Below, piece after piece: positions 59,301-64,000 of a DNA stretch of 64,000 bases; within the stretch, counting starts at the first letter, position 1, and each line of letters opens with the position of its first letter. Below the pieces are notes generated by a model. The model saw only the letters and a list, made by a program, of their open reading frames with translations, did not search any database and was not told the origin of the DNA. Both the position numbers and the translations under genes were made by a program. The DNA comes from Eledone cirrhosa (taxonomy: Eukaryota), in NCBI GenBank assembly GCA_964016885.1, contig OZ024742.1:342798001-342862000 (forward strand), given 5' to 3'.

Positions 59301-62300
59301 TATGAAGTATGTGATCTCCAGTGGTATGAAGTATGTGATCTCCACTGGTATGAAATATGTGATCTACAGTGGTATGAAGTATGTGATCTCCAGTGGTATG
59401 AAGTATGTGATCTCTAGTGGTATGAAGTATGTGATCTCCAGTGGTATGAAGTATGTGATCTCCAGTGGTATGAAGTATGTGATATCCTGTGGTATGAAGT
59501 ATGTCAGATCCAGTGGTATGAAGTATGTGATCTCCAGTGGTATGAAATATGTGATCTACAGTGGTATGAAGTATGTGATCTACAGTGGTATGAAGTATGT
59601 GATCTACAGTGGTATGAAGTATGTGATCTCCTGTGGTATGAAATATGTCAGCTCCAGTGGTATGAAGTATGTGATCTCCAGTGGTATGAAGTATGTGATC
59701 TCCAGTGCTATGAAGTATGTAATCTACAGTGGTATGAAGTATGTGATCTCCAGTGGTATGAAGTATGTGATCTCCTGTGGTATGAAATATGTCAGCTCCA
59801 GTTGTATGAAGTATGTGATCTCCAGTGGTATGAAGTATGTGATCTCCAGTGGTATGAAATATGTGATCTACAGTGGTATGAAGTATGTGATCTCCAGTGG
59901 TATGAAGTATGTGATCTCCAGTGGTATGAAGTATGTGATCTCCAGTGGTATGAAGTATGTGATCTCCAGTGGTATGAAGTATGTGATATCCTGTGGTATG
60001 AAGTATGTGATCTCCAGTGGTATGAAGTATGTCAGCTCCAGTGGTATGAAGTATGTGATCTCCAGTGGTATGAAATATGTGATCTACAGTGGTATGAAGT
60101 ATGTTAGCTCCAGTGGTATGAAGTATATGATCTACAGTGGTATGAAGTATGTCAGCTCCAGTGGTATGAAGTATGTGATCTCCAGTGGTATGAAGTATGT
60201 GATCTACAGTGGTATGAAGTATGTGATCTCCAGTGGTATGAAGTATGTGATCTCCAGTGGTATGAAGTATGTCAGCTCCAGTGGTATGAAGTATGTGATA
60301 TCCTGTGGTATGAAGTATGTGATCTACAGTGGTATGAAGTATGTGATCTCCAGTGGTATGAAGTATGTGATCTCCAGTGGTATGAAGTATGTGATCTACA
60401 GGTGTATGAAGTATGTGATCTCCAGTGGTATGAAGTATGTGATAACCTGTGGTATGAAGTATGTGATATCCTGTGGTATGAAGTATGTGATCTACAGTGG
60501 TATGAAGTATGTGATCTCCAGTGGTATGAAGTATGTGATATCCTGTGGTATGAAGCATGTGATATCCAGTGGTATGAAGTATGTGATCTACAGTGGTATG
60601 AAGTATGTGATCTACAGTGGTATGAAGTATGTGATCTCCAGTGGTATGAAGTATGTGATATCCTGTGGTATGAAGTATGTGATCTCCAGTGGCATGAAGT
60701 ATGTGATCTACAGTGGTATGAAGTATGTAATCTCCAGTGGTATGAAGTTTGTGATCTCCAGTGGTATGAAGTATGTGATCTCCAGTGGTATGAAGTATGT
60801 GATCTACAGTGGTATGAAGTATGTAATCTCCAGTGGTATGAAGTATGTGATCTACAGTGGTATGAAGTATGTGATCTACAGTGGTATGAAGTATGTGATC
60901 TACAGTGGTATGAAGTATGTGATCTCCAGTGGTATGAAGTATGTAATCTACAGTGGTATGAAGTATGTGATCTCCAGTGGTATGAAGTATGTCAGCTCCA
61001 GTGGTATGAAGTATGTGATCTCCAGTGGTATGAAGTATGTGATCTCCAGTGGTATGAAGTATGTGATCTCCATTGGTATGTAATATGTGATCTACAGTGG
61101 TATGAAGTATGTGATCTCCAGTGGTATGAAGTATGTGATCTCCAGTGGTATGAAGTATGTGATCTCCAGTGGTATGAAGTATCTCAGCTCCAGTGGTATG
61201 AAGTATGTGATCTCCAGTGGTATAAAGTATGTGATCTCCAGTGGTATGAGGTATGTCAGCTCCAGTGGTATGAAGTATGTGATATCCTGTGGTATGAAGT
61301 ATGTGATCTACAGTGGTATGAAGTATGTGATCTCCAGTGGTATGAAGTATGTGATCTACAGTGGTATGAAGTATGTCAGCTCCAGTGGTATGAAGTATGT
61401 GATCTCCAGTGGTATGAAGTATGTGATCTCCAGTGGTATGAAGTATGTCAGCTCCAGTGGTATGAAGTATGTGATCTCCAGTGGTATGAAGTATGTGATC
61501 TCCAGTGGTATGAAGTATGTCAGCTCCAGTGGTATGAAGTATGTGATCTCCAGTGGTATGAAGTATGTCAGCTCCAGTGGTATGAAGTATGTGATCTCCA
61601 GTGGTATGAAGTATATGATCTACAGTGGTATGAAGTATGTGATATCCTGTGGTATGAAGTATGTGATCTACAGTGGTATGAAGTATGTGATCTCCAGTGG
61701 TATGAAGTATGTGCTCTACAGGTGTATGAAGTATGTGATCTCCAGTGGTATGAAGTATGTGATAACCTGTGGTATGAAGTATGTGATATCCTGTGGTATG
61801 AAGTATGTGATCTACAGTGGTATGAAGTATGTGATCTCCAGTGGTATGAAGTATGTGATATCCTGTGGTATGAAGTATGTGATATCCAGTGGTATTAAGT
61901 ATGTAATCTACAGTGGTATGAAGTATGTGATCTGCTGTGGTATGAAGTATGTGATCTCCAGTGGTATGAAGTATGTGATCTCCTGTGGTATGAAGTATAT
62001 GATCTACAGTGGTATGAAGTATGTGATATCCTGTGGTATGAAGTATGTGATCTACAGTGGTATGAAGTATGTGATCTCCAGTGGTATGAAGTATGTGATC
62101 TACAGGTGTATGCAGTATGTGATCTCCAGTGGTATGAAGTATGTGATAACCTGTGGTATGAAGTATGTGATATCCTGTGGTATGAAGTATGTGATCTACA
62201 GTGGTATGAAGTATGTGATCTCCAGTGGTATGAAGTATGTGATATCCTGTGGTATGAAGTATGTGATATCCAGTGGTATGAAGTATGTGATCTACAGTGG

Positions 62301-64000
62301 TATGAAGTATGTGATCTACAGTGGTATGAAGTATGTGATCTCCAGTGGTATGAAGTATGTGATATCCTGTGGTATGAAGTATGTGATCTCCAGTGGCATG
62401 AAGTATGTGATCTACAGTGGTATGAAGTATGTAATCTCCAGTGGTATGAAGTTTGTGATCTCCAGTGGTATGGAGTATGTGATCTCCAGTGGTATGAAGT
62501 ATGTGATCTACAGTGGTATGAAGTATGTAATCTCCAGTGGTATGAAGTATGTGATCTACAGTGGTATGAAGTATGTGATCTACAGTGGTATGAAGTATGT
62601 GATCTACAGTGGTATGAAGTATGTGATCTCCAGTGGTATGAAGTATGTAATCTACAGTGGTATGAAGTATGTGATCTCCAGTGGTATGAAGTATGTCAGC
62701 TCCAGTGGTATGAAGTATGTGATCTCCAGTGGTATGAAGTATGTGATCTCCAGTGGTATGAAGTATGTGATCTCCACTGGTATGAAATATGTGATCTACA
62801 GTGGTATGAAGTATGTGATCTCCAGTGGTATGAAGTATGTGATCTCCAGTGGTATGAAGTATGTGATCTCCAGTGGTATGAAGTATGTGATCTCCAGTGG
62901 TATGAAGTATGTGATATCCTGTGGTATGAAGTATGTCAGATCCAGTGGTATGAAGTATGTGATCTCCAGTGGTATGAAATATGTGATCTACAGTGGTATG
63001 AAGTATGTGATCTACAGTGGTATGAAGTATGTGATCTACAGTGGTATGAAGTATGTGATCTCCTGTGGTATGAAATATGTCAGCTCCAGTGGTATGAAGT
63101 ATGTGATCTCCAGTGGTATGAAGTATGTGATCTCCAGTGCTATGAAGTATGTAATCTACAGTGGTATGAAGTATGTGATCTCCAGTGGTATGAAGTATGT
63201 GATCTCCTGTGGTATGAAATATGTCAGCTCCAGTTGTATGAAGTATGTGATCTCCAGTGGTATGAAGTATGTGATCTCCAGTGGTATGAAATATGTGATC
63301 TACAGTGGTATGAAGTATGTGATCTCCAGTGGTATGAAGTATGTGATCTCCAGTGGTATGAAGTATGTGATCTCCAGTGGTATGAAGTATGTGATCTCCA
63401 GTGGTATGAAGTATGTGATATCCTGTGGTATGAAGTATGTGATCTCCAGTGGTATGAAGTATGTCAGCTCCAGTGGTATGAAGTATGTGATCTCCAGTGG
63501 TATGAAATATGTGATCTACAGTGGTATGAAGTATGTTAGCTCCAGTGGTATGAAGTATATGATCTACAGTGGTATGAAGTATGTCAGCTCCAGTGGTATG
63601 AAGTATGTGATCTCCAGTGGTACGAAGTAAGTGATCTACAGTGGTATGAAGTATGTGATCTCCAGTGGTATGAAGTATGTGATCTCCAGTGGTATGAAGT
63701 ATGTCAGCTCTAGTGGTATGAAGTATGTGATATCCTGTGGTATGAAGTATGTGATCTACAGTGGTATGAAGTATGTGATCTCCAGTGGTATGAAGTATGT
63801 GATCTCCAGTGGTATGAAGTATGTGATCTACAGGTGTATGAAGTATGTGATCTCCAGTGGTATGAAGTATGTGATCTACAGTGGTATGAAGTATGTGATC
63901 TCCAGTGGTATGAAGTATGTGATCTACAGTGGTATGAAGTATGTCAGCTCCAGTGGTATGAAGTATGTGATCTCCAGTGGTATGAAGTATGTCAGCTCCA
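53330..64000. repeat. 6,768-bp-period duplication (282 monomers): ~53330-57232 recurs at ~60098-64000
   Basis: Private markers AAGCATG, GTGCTCTAC (~54943/~61711), TATGCAG (55341/62109) and TACGAAGTAAG (stop 56862/63630) are all at +6768. Confidence 0.92.
58230..59858. repeat. Local 792-bp (33-monomer) tandem duplication
   Basis: CACTGG at 58551/59343, CAGATCC, GTGCTATG and GTTGTATG (59010/59802) all recur at +792. Confidence 0.88.

Larger units (their letters stand above)
1..64000. repeat. 24-bp tandem satellite/minisatellite array, consensus GTGGTATGAAGTATGTGATCTCCA, about 2,667 head-to-tail copies, truncated by both window ends
   Basis: Every line consists of the same 24-mer in one orientation. 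Phase check: ATG at 26 versus ATG at 46078 differ by 20 mod 24, matching the indels seen (7 x -1, +7, -4). Main 8-bp slot variants: GATCTCCA, GATCTACA, CAGCTCCA, GATCTCCT, GATATCCT, GATATCCA, AATCTCCA, AATCTACA, TAGCTCCA, GATAACCT. Confidence 0.99.
46080..64000. repeat. 3' higher-order repeat domain with nested periods of 1656-1728, 2568, 6768 and 7656 bp
   Basis: Domain-enriched markers are GAAGTTTGTG, CAGTTGTATG and TACAGGTGTATG. ORF-track offsets: 49410/51978 = 2568; 47682/55338 and 49410/57066 = 7656; 53634/60402 = 6768. All are multiples of 24. Confidence 0.85.

Noticed and set aside
49549-60558. 3,669-aa minus-strand His-rich ORF and the smaller minus-strand ORFs as CDSs
   Set aside because: The start codon is a sporadic SNV (AAGTAT to AAGCAT) and the stop is another SNV. 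Openness follows from the codon content of the repeat. Kept only as a low-interest finding.
26-63630. The long + strand ORFs (MKYVISSG)n and (WYEVCDLQ)n as protein-coding genes
   Set aside because: They are translations of the 24-bp repeat in overlapping frames with no unique N- or C-terminal domain. Nonsense alleles (TAA, TAG) and a 1-bp frameshift have been amplified repeatedly.
1-64000. CRISPR-like array (conserved 16-bp repeat plus variable 8-bp spacer)
   Set aside because: The 8-bp segments are 1-3-nt variants of one sequence reused hundreds of times, not unique spacers. There is no leader and no cas or other gene in the window.
1-64000. Telomerase-synthesised telomere or G-quadruplex tract
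   Set aside because: The consensus has no GGG runs and does not match a telomere repeat I recognise. Variants are inherited in multi-kb duplicated blocks rather than reset to a template.
1-64000. Diversity-generating (DGR-like or antigenic-variation cassette) system
   Set aside because: No reverse transcriptase, recombinase or expression locus is present. Variation is not adenine-specific and is explained by shared descent through duplication.
1-64000. Rolling-circle/MDA concatemer or synthetic sequence
   Set aside because: There is no single fixed period and no strand-switch inversion. Nested duplications of different sizes with accumulating private SNVs indicate an evolved array, although local misassembly cannot be excluded.

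Overview
The whole 64-kb window is one uninterrupted head-to-tail tandem array of a 24-bp monomer (consensus GTGGTATGAAGTATGTGATCTCCA, about 2,667 copies, about 42% GC, G/T-rich + strand). The array runs off both window ends. I found no unique sequence, gene, RNA gene, transposon, inversion or CRISPR array. The long ORFs in the track arise because 24 is a multiple of 3 and the consensus is stop-free in 5 of 6 frames. Stops and a frameshift are copied along with the duplications, so I make no CDS calls. The real information is the order of monomer variants. Each monomer has a well-conserved 16-bp core and an 8-bp slot drawn from a small set of recurrent variants. Private marker mutations show nested higher-order duplications (96 bp, 384 bp, 792 bp, about 2-2.8 kb, 5-7.7 kb, about 12 kb), three overlapping variant domains, a mosaic template-switch junction, and only nine indels that break the 24-bp phase. 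The best description is a satellite/minisatellite array with irregular higher-order structure, probably eukaryotic (inference; the organism cannot be determined). I found no sequence support for a new multi-gene system; functional ideas below are labelled as speculative.
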